A stretch of DNA of 64,000 nucleotides from an uncultured Candidatus Rokubacteria bacterium (GCA_963747235.1 CAVVEU010000024.1:512001-576000); one strand, 5' to 3'; shown: positions 21,981 to 35,660, counted from the stretch's first letter. Made by a program: numbers and translations. The notes: generated from the letters alone by a model not told the origin.

Positions 21981-22029
21981 GCCAGCAATTGTCTTGGTAA
22001 TCCGGGGGATGTTTCTCTAGGCTCTGGGT

Positions 22030-22263
22030 ATGCGACTCGGGATCGGCGTCCTGGCCCTGCTGGTGGCCGCGGCGGTGCCCGCGGTGCTCTTCGCGGGCGC
22101 GACGACGACCCTGCGTGGGCTCGGCTGGCTCGTCGTGGTGGCGGTGGGCGCGGTCCTGCTCATCGACCTCAGCGACCGGCTCACCGAATGGGTCGAGCGG
22201 CGCCGGTGGGGCCGGCTCGCCCGGCTCCGCCTGGACCGCTACCCTTCCGACGACACGCCCTGA
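22030..22263 (+). CDS. Small two-TM hypothetical protein
   Basis: Two hydrophobic segments, 77 aa; fills the intergenic gap. Confidence 0.55.
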   Translation: MRLGIGVLALLVAAAVPAVLFAGATTTLRGLGWLVVVAVGAVLLIDLSDRLTEWVERRRWGRLARLRLDRYPSDDTP

Positions 22264-23241
22264 GACGCCGCGCGCGCCGCGTCGGTCAGGCTGACGTGCT
22301 CCAGCAGCAGGCACACCAGTCCGACCGCGGTGATCGGGAAGAACTGCGAGGCGTGCAGCAGTAGTGAGAAGGAGAGGGCCTCGGCGCGCGGCACCGCGAA
22401 GAGCGCCAGCGCCAGCACCGTCGCGATCTGGACGACCCCCACGAATCCGGGACTCGACGGCAGGCTCACCCCGAGCCCGAGGAAGGCCAGCACGACCCAC
22501 GAGGCCACCAGCGGGAGATCCAGGTGGGCGGCGTGCATCGCGGTCCACACCGACAGCGCGAGGAACAACCAGATCGCCACCGAGCTCGACGGCGAGCGGG
22601 ATCGCGTGGTGGGGCGCCCGAATGCCGCGGAGCCCCTCGGTCATCGTCCCGAGCAGCGCAATCAGTCGCCGCTCGAGCCACCCGATCCGGTGGAAGATCG
22701 TCTCGATCAGCACCCGGCATACCCCGGGCGCGACGGCGATCATCACCAGCACCAGCAGCGCCGCCAGGTCCAAGGCCAGGAAGACCGCGATGGACCAGCG
22801 CATCTCGGCCGACACCGGGACCACGAGCAGCAGGCCGGCCACGATCAGCCCCAGCGCCAGGCCGTCCAGCACGCGCTCCACCACGACCGTGGCGAAGGCG
22901 GTCCAGAACCGCGGGCCGTGCCGGGAGGCGACGTAGACCCGTACCACCTCGCCGGCGCGGAGCGGCAGCAGGTTGTTGCCCATGTAGCCGATGAGCAGCG
23001 ACCGGAACAGATGGGTCGGGCGCGGCTCCGGGCCCGGTGGGAAGAGATAGAACCAGCGCCAGGCCCGGGCCCACATCGAGACGAAGTTGCCCGCGATACT
23101 GAGCGCAACGAACGTCCAGAGGGTCCCGCGCAGCCGCCCGGCGATGTCGCCGAGATCCACGGCCCAGAAGGAGTAGACGAGAAGGCCTGCGCTCACCGCC
23201 AGGCCCAGGAGGATCTGCGCCAGCCGGCGCGGCGACGGCAT
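22239..23241 (-). CDS. Lysylphosphatidylglycerol synthase TM-domain (UPF0104 flippase-like) protein (frameshift ~22590)
   Basis: RAWRW, NNLLPLRAGEVVR, VVERVLD, PSSPGFVG. Confidence 0.85.
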
Positions 23242-23275
23242 GTGGGGGCGGCTCAGAGCCCCCGCGCGCCGGCGG

Positions 23276-24574
23276 TCATGCCTCCACCCGGATCATCGTG
23301 GTGCGCCCGGCCACCACCGGCAGCTTGTCGATGGCGGCGAGCGCGGCGCGCATGTCCCGCTCCCGCGCCTCGTGCGTCATCATGACCACCGGCACCGCCT
23401 CCGTGCGCGCGCGCTCCTTCTGGAGCACCGAGACGAGGGAGATGTCGTGCCGCCCGAGGATGCCCGCCACCTGGGCGAGCACGCCGGGCTGGTCCAGGGC
23501 CATCACGCGCAGGTAGTAGGCCGAGCGGATGTCGTCCATGGGCCGGAGCGGCAGGGGGTTGCGCCCGACGGACGGGAGATCGATGTCGAGCGCCGGGATG
23601 CCGTGGGCGACCCGCCGCGCGATCTCGAGCGCGTCGGACCAGACCGCGGAGGCGGTCGGGAGCTGGCCGGCCCCGCGGCCGTAGAACATGAGGTTGCCCA
23701 CGTTGTCGCCGGTCATGAATACAGCATTGAAGACGCCGGAGACCGCCGCCATGGGCGACCCGGCCGGGATCATCGTGGGGTGCACGCGGGCTTCCAGGCC
23801 GCCGTCCGAGGCCTTGGCGATCGCGAGCAGCTTGATGCGGTAGCCGAGCTCGGTGGCGTTGACCACGTCCTGCTGGGTCACCGCGGTGATGCCCTCGGTG
23901 TAGATGTCCTTGAGATCCACCGTGGTGCGGAAGGCCAGGGTGGCCAGGATCTGCAGCTTGTGGGCGGAGTCCATGCCCTCGATGTCGAGCGTGGGATCGG
24001 ACTCCGCGTAGCCGTGGGCCTGCGCTTCCTTCAGGACCTCGCCGAAGTCCCGCCCCTCGTCGGTCATCTTGGACAGGATGTAGTTGCAGGTGCCGTTGAC
24101 GATGCCGAAGGTGGACAGGATCCGGTTCGCGGGTAGCCCGTCCTTGACCGCGCGGATGAGGGGGATGCCGCCCGCCACCGCCGCCTCGAAGCCGAGCATC
24201 ACCCCGCGGCGCCGCGCTTCCTCGAACAGCTCGGTCCCGTGATGGGCGAGCAGCGCCTTGTTGGCGGTGACCACGTGCTTGCCCGCCGCGAGGGCCCGGA
24301 GGATGAAGGTGCGCGCGGGCTCGAGCCCGCCGATCAGCTCGATGACGATCTGCACCGAGGGGTCGTCGATGGCCTGGTTGGCGTCGCTGCCCAGGGGCAG
24401 GCGGGCCAGGTCGATGCCGTCGCGCGGCCGCGTGAGGTCGGCGTCCACGACGCGCCCGAGGGCGAGCCGGCAGCCGGCGCGCTCGGCCATCTCGGCGCCA
24501 TGGCTCTGGAGCACCTTGACCACGCCGCAGCCGACGGTGCCCAGGCCCAGGAGGGCGATCTTGATCTCGTTCAG
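23276..24574 (-). CDS. hom: Homoserine dehydrogenase (probable CTG start)
   Basis: In-frame upstream LNEIKIALLGLGTVG, VVTANK, EAAVAGGIP, GYAESDP, C-terminal ACT. Confidence 0.95.
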   Translation of the reverse strand: MNEIKIALLGLGTVGCGVVKVLQSHGAEMAERAGCRLALGRVVDADLTRPRDGIDLARLPLGSDANQAIDDPSVQIVIELIGGLEPARTFILRALAAGKHVVTANKALLAHHGTELFEEARRRGVMLGFEAAVAGGIPLIRAVKDGLPANRILSTFGIVNGTCNYILSKMTDEGRDFGEVLKEAQAHGYAESDPTLDIEGMDSAHKLQILATLAFRTTVDLKDIYTEGITAVTQQDVVNATELGYRIKLLAIAKASDGGLEARVHPTMIPAGSPMAAVSGVFNAVFMTGDNVGNLMFYGRGAGQLPTASAVWSDALEIARRVAHGIPALDIDLPSVGRNPLPLRPMDDIRSAYYLRVMALDQPGVLAQVAGILGRHDISLVSVLQKERARTEAVPVVMMTHEARERDMRAALAAIDKLPVVAGRTTMIRVEA

Positions 24575-24592
24575 GGGGTGCCTCGCCGGGCG

Positions 24593-25765
<1,173 letters not shown>

Positions 25766-25801
25766 AGATCTTCTCCCGGGAGGACTTGGATCAGGAGTTC
25801 G

Positions 25802-25917
25802 ATCATACTGTGGCGTGCTCAGGAGTGTCAACAAAGGCGCGGAGATAGCGCGCACCTCGGAGGCGCGCTCGCGGCGCGGCCGGGGGGTTGACACCCCTTG
25901 AATTGGCGTGCTAGAAG
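25802..25917. promoter_or_regulatory. Divergent sigma70 promoters
   Basis: Minus: TTGACA-N18-TATGAT (25831..25802). Plus: TTGACA-N18-TAGAAG (25888..25917). Confidence 0.65.
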
Positions 25918-26067
25918 AAACCCTACCGGGCGAAACTGTAACCAGTACCCACCCTTCCAACGGGTTCCGTAGTCGCCAGCGTGTTCCGTAGTCGATGAAG
26001 TCGAGGCCCCGAGGGGCCGCCAGGACCCGGTAGGACGAGGCAGTCCAGCGAGCGAGGGACGAGTCTT

Positions 26068-26487
26068 ATGTTCAGGCGAAGGGGCAAGGCGCCGCGGCGA
26101 AGCGAGCTGACCGCCTTCATCGACGAAGGATCGGAGATCGAAGGCCGCTATACGTTCCGGGGTACCGTCATGCTCAACGGCAAGTTCAAGGGCGAGATCA
26201 GCTCCAACGACACCCTCATCATCGGGGAGCGCGCCGTCCTCCATGCCGACGTCCGGGCCGGGCGCCTGGTGGTGAACGGGGAAGTCACCGGCAACCTGAG
26301 CGCCATGGAGCGGATCGAGCTGAAGCGGACGGCCCGGGTGTACGGCGACGTGGAGGCCCCCGTGGTGGTGCTGGAGGAGGGGGTCCTGTTCGAGGGGCAC
26401 TGCCGGATGGCCAAGCCGAGCGCGGTGGCGGAGGTCCCGCCGCGGGACCTGGCGCGGGATCTCTCGGTGGTCCCGCTCAAGCGCTGA
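26068..26487 (+). CDS. Bactofilin (polymer-forming cytoskeletal protein)
   Basis: FIDEGSEIEG...NGKFKGEI...VNGEVTGNL...EEGVLFEGHC. Confidence 0.92.
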   Translation: MFRRRGKAPRRSELTAFIDEGSEIEGRYTFRGTVMLNGKFKGEISSNDTLIIGERAVLHADVRAGRLVVNGEVTGNLSAMERIELKRTARVYGDVEAPVVVLEEGVLFEGHCRMAKPSAVAEVPPRDLARDLSVVPLKR

Positions 26488-26498
26488 CCCGCAAACGT

Positions 26499-27407
26499 AT
26501 GCCCAAGCCCAAACAGTTCAACCTGCTGATGGTCCGGGACGACGGCAGCCGCGTCCTGCGGCTCTCGGTGCCGGGCTGGGCGGTGGGCGTCGCGGTCGGC
26601 GGGCTGGCCGTCACGATCCTGGGGCTCGCCTTCATCTATCCGGACTACGTCTCGCTCCGTCACCAGCGCGGCACCTTCGCGGCGCTGAGCGAGCGCCTGC
26701 ACATCCAGCAGGGGTTGCTCGACGCCTCCCAGTCGCGGCTGCGCGAGATCCGCGGGGAGATCGATAGCTGGCGGGATCTGCACGCCAAGATCTGGGAGCC
26801 CTTCGGGCCCGAGGCCGCCCCGGTCAAGCGCGGCACCGGCATTGGCGGGAAGACCGCGGTGGAGCCCGACCGGGCGCCGCCGGTCAAGGAGGAGATGGAT
26901 CGCCTGCTCGGGACCGTCCGGGAGGAGGGCGAGTCCATCCGGACGCTCGAGCGCTTCCTGGGCCGCGCCAGCCGGGTCCTCGCCTCGCTGCCATCGCGGT
27001 GGCCGGTGCGCGGGCCCGTGAACTCCGACTTCGGCCAGCGGCGCTCGCCGTGGGCGCCCAACTCGGAGTTCCACAGCGGCATCGACATCGGGGCCCCGAT
27101 CGGGACGTCGGTGCGGGCGCCGGCCCCGGGCGTGGTGATCTTCGCGGGCCAGCACGCCGAGTACGGCGTCACCCTCATCATCGATCACGGCAACGAGACC
27201 CGGTCCCTCTACGGCCACCTGTCCCGGCTCAACGTGGCCATGGATCAGGTCATCAGGCGGGGCGACACGGTGGCGATGACGGGCAACACCGGCCGGTCCT
27301 CCGGTCCGCATCTGCACTACGAGATCCAGGTCAAGGGCCAGCCGGTGAACCCCCACAGCTACATCTGGGAGGAGTCGGCCCCGGCCGTCGCCCGGTCCGC
27401 CCGCTGA
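26499..27407 (+). CDS. M23 family peptidoglycan endopeptidase
   Basis: TM plus coiled coil; HSGIDIG, YGHLS, GRSSGPHLHYE. Confidence 0.93.
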   Translation: MPKPKQFNLLMVRDDGSRVLRLSVPGWAVGVAVGGLAVTILGLAFIYPDYVSLRHQRGTFAALSERLHIQQGLLDASQSRLREIRGEIDSWRDLHAKIWEPFGPEAAPVKRGTGIGGKTAVEPDRAPPVKEEMDRLLGTVREEGESIRTLERFLGRASRVLASLPSRWPVRGPVNSDFGQRRSPWAPNSEFHSGIDIGAPIGTSVRAPAPGVVIFAGQHAEYGVTLIIDHGNETRSLYGHLSRLNVAMDQVIRRGDTVAMTGNTGRSSGPHLHYEIQVKGQPVNPHSYIWEESAPAVARSAR

Positions 27408-27425
27408 GGGCGGGCCCGCGGGCCG

Positions 27426-28238
27426 TCAGGCCCCGCGGTGTTTCTCGAGGAACTCCAGGTTGGTCGCGGTGAACCGATCCGCCTGCTCGATGAAGTGCAG
27501 GTGGCCCGCGTCCTCCATCGCGACCAGCTCCGAGCCGGGGATGCGCGCGTGCAGGTCCCGCGAGGAGATCGGCGGAACCAGGATGTCCTCGGTGCCGGTG
27601 GTGATCAGGGTCGGCACGCCGATCTCGCCGAGCCGCGCGGCGGTGTCGTGGCCCCGGATCGCGTCGGCCTGGCGTGAGAGGCCCTCGAGCCCGATCGGGT
27701 AGGGGTAGGCCAGCGCCCGCTCGATCCAGAAGCGGATGAACTCGGGCCGCTCGATCATGGTCTTGCGGCAGAGCACCCACGGCATCACCGCCCGCACGTA
27801 CTCCTCCCGGTCGCCCCGCGCCTTCACCGCGATGAGGGTGTCGATCAGGAAGCGGCCGTACGTGTCGATGCCCGCGGTCGTGCAGTGCAGGCCGAGCGTG
27901 CGCACGCGGTCCGGATGGCGCAGGGCCAGCTCCTGCGCGATCATGCCGCCCATCGAGGCGCCGCAGATGTGGGCGCGGCGGATCCCGAGCGCGTCCATCA
28001 TCCCGGCCACGTCCGCGGCCATCCCGGCGATCGTGTAGGGCGCGTCCGGCACGTCGCTCTGGCCGGCGCCCCGGTTGTCGAGCGCGATCACGCGATGCTC
28101 GGCCGCGAAGGCCGGCGCCTGCAGCGCCCACGCGGTGTGGTCTCCGCCCCAGCCCATGATGAGCACCAGCGGCGGCGCGTCGGGCGCGCCGGTCTCCTGG
28201 TAGAAGAGGCGGACGCCGTTGGCCTGGGCGTGGGGCAC
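27426..28238 (-). CDS. Alpha/beta hydrolase
   Basis: DNRGAGQS, GASMGG nucleophile elbow, GTEDIL, AGHL. Confidence 0.9.
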   Translation of the reverse strand: MPHAQANGVRLFYQETGAPDAPPLVLIMGWGGDHTAWALQAPAFAAEHRVIALDNRGAGQSDVPDAPYTIAGMAADVAGMMDALGIRRAHICGASMGGMIAQELALRHPDRVRTLGLHCTTAGIDTYGRFLIDTLIAVKARGDREEYVRAVMPWVLCRKTMIERPEFIRFWIERALAYPYPIGLEGLSRQADAIRGHDTAARLGEIGVPTLITTGTEDILVPPISSRDLHARIPGSELVAMEDAGHLHFIEQADRFTATNLEFLEKHRGA

Positions 28239-28243
28239 GGGGC

Positions 28244-29140
28244 TCAGGACACGACGGCGGCGAGCAGCTCGTCGAGCTCGGTCTGCGTGGCCGCGTCGAG
28301 CACGGGCGCGGGCGGTCGCACCAGCGCGCAGGCGATCCAGCCACGGCGGCGCAGGATCTCCTTGCGGATGCCCACCGCGGTGCCGGGCGTGGCGCCGGGC
28401 TGCGTCTCGTAGCGGATCAAGGGCAGCCAGCGGTAGAAGAGGGCGCGCGCCTCGTCGCGCCGGCCCGCCACGAAGTGGTCGCGGATGGCGCGGAGGGCCT
28501 CCGGGTACGGGAAGCCGGTCATGGCCCCGTCGGCGCCGCGGGAGAGCTCCTCGAAGAAGTAGACGCCGCCGAGGCCGCCGAAGATCGCCACCCGGTCGCC
28601 GAAGAGCGCGCGCAGGCGCGTGATCTTGGGCAGCGTCGGGGGCTCCTCCAGCTTGACCGCCTGGATCTGCGCGATCTCGGCGCACACCTGGGCGATGAAG
28701 GGCGCCGGCATGTTCACCTGCGTGGTGACCGGCTCGTCCTGCAGCACGATCGGCAGCCCGGTGGCGGCGGCGACTACGCGATAGTACTCCGCCACCGCGT
28801 CGAGGTTCTTGAGCCCGGCGGGCGGCGCCACCATCAGCGCGTCGGCGCCGTGCTCGCGCGCCATGCGGGCGAACGCGGTGGCCAGGTGCGTGCCGGACGC
28901 CGAGACGCCCACCGCGACGGGCACCCGGCCGCGGGTCTCCTTGACCACCGTCTCCACCACGCGACGGCGCTCCTCGTCGGTGAGCCGGTGGGCCTCGCCC
29001 GCGATGCCGAGGATCGTGAGGCCGTTCACCCCGGTGGCGAGCGCGGACTCGATCAGGCGGGGGAGGCCCGCGACGTCGAGCGCGCCGTCCTCGCGGAACG
29101 GGGTGGCCAAGATGTGGAACACACCGGACCACGCAATCAA
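28244..29140 (-). CDS. DapA/NanA-family class I aldolase
   Basis: LATPFREDG, GIAGE, VKLEE; lacks the GTTGE and YN motifs of true DapA. Confidence 0.85.
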   Translation of the reverse strand: MIAWSGVFHILATPFREDGALDVAGLPRLIESALATGVNGLTILGIAGEAHRLTDEERRRVVETVVKETRGRVPVAVGVSASGTHLATAFARMAREHGADALMVAPPAGLKNLDAVAEYYRVVAAATGLPIVLQDEPVTTQVNMPAPFIAQVCAEIAQIQAVKLEEPPTLPKITRLRALFGDRVAIFGGLGGVYFFEELSRGADGAMTGFPYPEALRAIRDHFVAGRRDEARALFYRWLPLIRYETQPGATPGTAVGIRKEILRRRGWIACALVRPPAPVLDAATQTELDELLAAVVS

Positions 29141-29160
29141 CCCTGACCCCTCTTCATATC

Positions 29161-29189
29161 CGCTCGCCTCGCCTTCGGCTGCGGCTCGC
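29161..29189 (+). repeat. Dispersed 29-bp repeat, copy 1
   Basis: CGCTCGCCTCGCCTTCGGCTGCGGCTCGC, identical to 57649-57677. Confidence 0.85.
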
Positions 29190-29241
29190 CAGACTCGAAC
29201 TCCCTGCTCCTCCCGCTACATCCTCACGGACGCCGCTGCCG

Positions 29242-30216
<975 letters not shown>

Positions 30217-30225
30217 GGCTGCCCT

Positions 30226-31204
<979 letters not shown>

Positions 31205-31234
31205 AGGGTGCGGCCTCCTCTGGGGTGCGGGCGG

Positions 31235-32272
31235 CTACCAGGCCGCCGTGATCTCGCGAACGGCCTCGAGGGCCCGCTCGATGTCGTCGGTGTCGATATC
31301 CTTGTGGGTCACGCAGCGAATGGTGCCGGGACCGGTCTGGTGGATCTTGACCTTGCGGGCCAGGCAGCCGGTGACCAGCTCCGCGGCGCCACCGTCCCGC
31401 TCCACCCGGAAGATGACGATGTTGGTCTGCACGGTCGCCAGGTCCAGCCGCACGCGGGGCAGGCGGCTCACCCCCTCGGCGAGCCGGCGGCAGTTGACGT
31501 GATCCTCGGCGAGCCGGTCCACCATCGAGTCGAGCGCGACGAGCCCGGCCGCGGCCAGCACGCCCACCTGGCGCATGCCGCCGCCCAGCATCTTCCGCAC
31601 CCGCCGGGCCCGCGCCACGAGCTCGCGCGAGCCGCACACCAGCGAGCCCACCGGGGCGCCGAGGCCCTTGGACAGGCAGAAGGTGAGCGAATCGACGGGG
31701 CGCGCGAAGTCGGCGACGGGACGCCCGAGCGCGACCGCCGCGTTGAAGAGCCGCGCACCGTCGAGGTGCACCGGCACGCCGGCGGCGTGGGCCGCGGCGG
31801 CCACCGCCTCGATCTCCTCGGGCGTGCAGCAGGTGCCGCCGTGGCGGTTGTGCGTGTTCTCGACCGCGACCAGCCCGGTCATCGGGATGTGGATGTTGTT
31901 GGGCCGGATGTGCTCGCGCACCTGCTCGGGCGTCAGGAAGCCGCGCGCGGTCTTGACCGGGAAGGTCTGCACGCCGCCGAAGACGGCCGCGCCCGCGCCC
32001 TCGTAGTTGAAGATGTGGGAGTCGGCGTCGAGCACCACTTCCTGGCCCGCGCGCGTCTGGGCGAGGACGGAGACCAGGTTGCCCTGGGTGCCGGAGGAGA
32101 CGAACAGGGCGGCCTCCTTGCCGGTGCGCCGGGCCGCGGTGTCCTCGAGGCGCCGGACCGTCGGATCCTCTTCCCAGACGTCGTCGCCCACCTCGGCGCG
32201 CGCCATGGCATCGCGCATTGCCTGGGTCGGGAGAGTGAGGGTATCCGATCGGAGATCGACGACGTCGTGCAT
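31235..32272 (-). CDS. ltaE: Low-specificity L-threonine aldolase
   Basis: [38 protein letters not shown]. Confidence 0.93.
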   Translation of the reverse strand: MHDVVDLRSDTLTLPTQAMRDAMARAEVGDDVWEEDPTVRRLEDTAARRTGKEAALFVSSGTQGNLVSVLAQTRAGQEVVLDADSHIFNYEGAGAAVFGGVQTFPVKTARGFLTPEQVREHIRPNNIHIPMTGLVAVENTHNRHGGTCCTPEEIEAVAAAAHAAGVPVHLDGARLFNAAVALGRPVADFARPVDSLTFCLSKGLGAPVGSLVCGSRELVARARRVRKMLGGGMRQVGVLAAAGLVALDSMVDRLAEDHVNCRRLAEGVSRLPRVRLDLATVQTNIVIFRVERDGGAAELVTGCLARKVKIHQTGPGTIRCVTHKDIDTDDIERALEAVREITAAW

Positions 32273-32275
32273 GAC

Positions 32276-33028
32276 TTACCTCGCGGCCTGGAGGCGTTGC
32301 GCGGCGCGCTTGCCCCACTCCGTGTAAGGGTACTCATCCGCCAGCTGCCGATACATCCGCTGAGACTCCTCGGCCCGTCCGTCGCCGGAATATACCTCAC
32401 CCAGCCGGAAGAGCGCCTCCGGGATCACGAGGGTGCGCGGGAATTCCTTGACCACCTTCTCCAGCCGCTGGCGGGCCGCCCCGGGATTGCCCTGGTTGAT
32501 GTAGTAGGCGGCGACCCACAGCTCCTTCTGGGCCAGGCGCCCCCGACAGATGTCGATCTTGGCGAGCGCGTCCGCCGCGTAGCGGCTCTCCGGGTACTCG
32601 CGAACGAGCACCTTGAACGCCTCCATCGACTTGCGGGTGATCTCCTGGTCCTGCTCCACCGGCTTCATCTGGTCGTAGTAGCTCATCGAGAGACGATACT
32701 GGACCAGGTCGGCGATCTGGTGCCGCGGGTAGAAGGCCATGAAGCCTTCGAACTCCTTGATCGCCTTGTCGAACTGTCCCTCGCGGTAGAACGCCTCGCC
32801 GATCAGGAAGCGGGCCCGCGGCGCGTAGCTCGATTGCGGGTGCCGCTCCGCGACCTTGCGGAAGGCGGTGCGCGCCTCGTCGTACCGGCTCTTGTTGAGC
32901 TGAGTCTCGCCTTCCGCGTACAGCTCGGAGGCAGGCGGGAGCGCCTGCGGACGCTGGCGGAAGAAGTCCGCAATGGTCGTGCACCCGCTCAGGAGCAGGA
33001 GCAGACTCATCAGCGTCGCGGGAACCAA
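32276..33028 (-). CDS. bamD: Outer membrane protein assembly factor BamD; start uncertain
   Basis: Lipobox LSGC, TPR repeats, [26 protein letters not shown]. Confidence 0.85.
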   Translation of the reverse strand: MVPATLMSLLLLLSGCTTIADFFRQRPQALPPASELYAEGETQLNKSRYDEARTAFRKVAERHPQSSYAPRARFLIGEAFYREGQFDKAIKEFEGFMAFYPRHQIADLVQYRLSMSYYDQMKPVEQDQEITRKSMEAFKVLVREYPESRYAADALAKIDICRGRLAQKELWVAAYYINQGNPGAARQRLEKVVKEFPRTLVIPEALFRLGEVYSGDGRAEESQRMYRQLADEYPYTEWGKRAAQRLQAAR

Positions 33029-33170
33029 GGAGGAATTTGAGACGCATCGGCCAGTGGTTGGCCATCGATTGGCCCCCAGTTGTAAGGGCGGAAGTCTGGA
33101 AAGTCAAGGACATCGTGCGGGGGGCCTCCCCTCCGGGCGGCGGGGGCTCCGGTTCAGCTTTGTCGTCGAC

Positions 33171-33773
33171 TTACCGGGCGCGGGCGCGGTCTTTCGCGGC
33201 CGGCCCCCAGATCGCCTCCAGTCGCTGGTCGCGGCCGCAACCGGCGCGGTAGAGGTTGTAACGGATCGGGTTCTTCTTGTAGTAGTCCTGGTGGTAGTCC
33301 TCCGCGGGCCAGAACTTCGAGGCCGTGACGACCTCGGTCACCACCGGCTTCCGCAGGCGCTCCGCCACCGCGCGCCTGGATTCCTCCGCCAGGCGCCGCT
33401 GGGTCTCGTCGTGCACGAAGATAGCGGCCCGGTACTGGCTGCCGGTGTCGCAGAACTGCGCGTTGGCGGTCAGGGGGTCGATGTTGCGCCAGAATACGTC
33501 GAGAAGCTGCGAGTAGGCGACCTTCGCGGGGTCGTACACGATCTCGACCGCCTCGGCATGGCCCGTCCGGCCGGCCGAGACCTGCTCGTACGTCGGATCC
33601 GTGGTGCGGCCGCCCGTGTAGCCGGAGGTGGTCGAGACGACTCCGTCCAGCTTGTCGAACGGCGGCTCCATGCACCAGAAGCAACCGCCCGCGAAGGTGG
33701 CTCGGGCGCGCTCCTGCGCGTCTGCTGCGACGACCGCGGCGAGACAGAGCAGGCTCGCGATGATCGTGCGCAT
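33171..33773 (-). CDS. msrA: Peptide-methionine (S)-S-oxide reductase with signal peptide
   Basis: GGCFWC, GYTGG, TGHAE, AEDYHQDYY. Confidence 0.96.
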   Translation of the reverse strand: MRTIIASLLCLAAVVAADAQERARATFAGGCFWCMEPPFDKLDGVVSTTSGYTGGRTTDPTYEQVSAGRTGHAEAVEIVYDPAKVAYSQLLDVFWRNIDPLTANAQFCDTGSQYRAAIFVHDETQRRLAEESRRAVAERLRKPVVTEVVTASKFWPAEDYHQDYYKKNPIRYNLYRAGCGRDQRLEAIWGPAAKDRARAR

Positions 33774-33776
33774 GGC

Positions 33777-34268
33777 TCAGGCCCGCCGGAAGACGAGGGC
33801 GATGCCGTTCATGCAGTAGCGTAGCCCGGTCGGCTTCGGCCCGTCGTCGAACACGTGTCCCAGGTGGCCGCCGCACCGCCGGCAATGCACCTCGGTCCGG
33901 GACATGAACAGGGACCGGTCCGTCGTCGTCCCGACCGCGTCCGGCAGCGGCGTCCAGAAGCTGGGCCAGCCGGTTCGGCTGTCGAACTTCGTGTCCGACG
34001 AGAAGAGAGGCAGCTCGCACCCGGCGCAATGGTAGGTTCCCCGGCCGTACTCCTTGTCCAGGGGGCTGCTCCCGGGGCGCTCGGTCCCGTGCTTGCGCAA
34101 CACCGAGAACTGCGCCGCGGTGAGCCGCTGCTTCCACTCGGCCTCGGTCATCGCCACGTCGAAGGTCCCGGTCGGCTTGCTCACCTTGTCCTCCGCGCCG
34201 GCGATCCGCGCGGCCGCTCCCGCCGTGGCGATCGCCAGCCCCATCTGCAAGAGTCGTCGTCTGGTCAT
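33777..34268 (-). CDS. msrB: Peptide-methionine (R)-S-oxide reductase with Tat-like signal
   Basis: TRRRLL signal, GTERP, GWPSF, HLGHVFDDGP, RYCMN. Confidence 0.96.
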   Translation of the reverse strand: MTRRRLLQMGLAIATAGAAARIAGAEDKVSKPTGTFDVAMTEAEWKQRLTAAQFSVLRKHGTERPGSSPLDKEYGRGTYHCAGCELPLFSSDTKFDSRTGWPSFWTPLPDAVGTTTDRSLFMSRTEVHCRRCGGHLGHVFDDGPKPTGLRYCMNGIALVFRRA

Positions 34269-34332
34269 CTTGGGCCAGTATGCGCCTCGGAAGCGCTCCG
34301 CATGTCACAGGGGCGTGAACAAACTCGGAACG

Positions 34333-34362
34333 TTGACAGGTCCTGCCGAGACTACATATGAT
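34333..34362 (+). promoter_or_regulatory. Sigma70 promoter (leaderless transcript)
   Basis: TTGACA-N18-TATGAT, ATG 6 nt downstream. Confidence 0.7.
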
Positions 34363-34368
34363 CCCGCC

Positions 34369-35638
34369 ATGCCGCTGGGACCGGTGACGCTCCCGACGAT
34401 GCACCGTGTGCGGCAGACCTTCGCGCGCACCCGCCTCGAGGACATTCCCGGAGGGGTCCGGAAGACCCTGGCCGGCGCCGGCCTGCCCATCAAGCGGGGG
34501 GATAGGGTGGCGGTCGGGGCGGGCAGCCGGGGGATCGCCAATATCGCGGTCATCGTCCGCGCCACCGTGGACTGGCTCAAGGCGCACGGGGCCCGGCCCT
34601 TCGTCTTCCCGGCCATGGGCAGCCACGGCGGGGCCACCGCCGAGGGGCAACGCTCGGTGCTGGAGCAATACGGCATCACCGAGGCCACCATGGGCTGCGA
34701 GGTCCGGGCCTCCATGGACGTGGTCCAGGTGGGGGAGGCTCTGGGGCTGCCGATCTGGCTCGACCGGATCGCCTCCGAGGCCGACTGGATCGGGGTGGTC
34801 AACCGGATCAAGCCCCACACCGACTTCAAGGGCTCGATCGAGTCCGGCCTCTTCAAGATGATGACGATCGGGCTCGGCAAGTACCACGGGGCCACCCAGT
34901 ACCACCGGGCCAACGTCACTCACGGCTACGAGACGGTGATCACCGCGGTGGGCCGCGAGATGCTGGCCAAGGCCCGCATCGGGTTCGGGCTCGGGATCGT
35001 GGAGAACGGCTACGACGAGACCGCGTGCGTGGAGGCCTTCAACGCGGCGGACCTCGAGGCGGGCGAGCGGCGGCTGCTCAAGGACGCGCGCACCTGGATG
35101 GCGCGGCTGCCCGTTCTCCCCCATCGACGTGCTGGTGGTCGAGGAGATCGGCAAGAACGTCTCCGGCTCCGGCATGGACACCAACGTGATCGGCCGCCCG
35201 TCGAACCCGCACGAGCCGTTCCCGGCCGACCCGAAGATCCTGTGGATCGTGGCCCTCGACCTCACCGAGGAGAGCCACGGCAACGCCACCGGGATCGGCA
35301 ACGCCGACTTCACCACCCGCCGGCTGGCCGAGAAGATCGACTGGAAGCCGACGGCCATCAACACCCTCACCGCCTGCGCCCCCAACGGGGCCAAGCTGCC
35401 CCTCGTGTTCGAGAGCGACCGCGAGGCGGTGGAGAATGCGCTGAACTGCATCGGCCTCACCCCGCCCGACCGCGCCCGCGTGATCCGGATCCGGAGCACG
35501 CTGGTGCTGGGCGAGATCGAGTGCTCCGAGGCCATGCTGCCGGAGATCGCCAAGCGTCCGGACCTGACCGTGATCGGCGAGGGTCGTCCCCTCGGGTTCG
35601 ACGCGGCGGGCCGCATCATCCCGCTTCTCGCCCACTGA
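34369..35638 (+). CDS. LarA/DUF362-like (lactate racemase N-terminal domain) protein (frameshift ~35113)
   Basis: GSRGIANI, PAMGSHGGATAEGQ, NRIKPHTDF, GKNVSGSGMDTNVIGR, GNATGIG. Confidence 0.75.
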
Positions 35639-35660
35639 GCGAAACAGGAGGTTCCAACCG

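Noticed and set aside
25930-26000. Hammerhead ribozyme, c-di-GMP riboswitch or SRP RNA identity for the bactofilin leader
   Set aside because: CGAAAC and GATGA are present, but the CUGANGA core and the other families' motifs are missing.
28244-29140. Second true dapA
   Set aside because: Lacks the GTTGE and YN catalytic motifs; better called a DapA-family aldolase.
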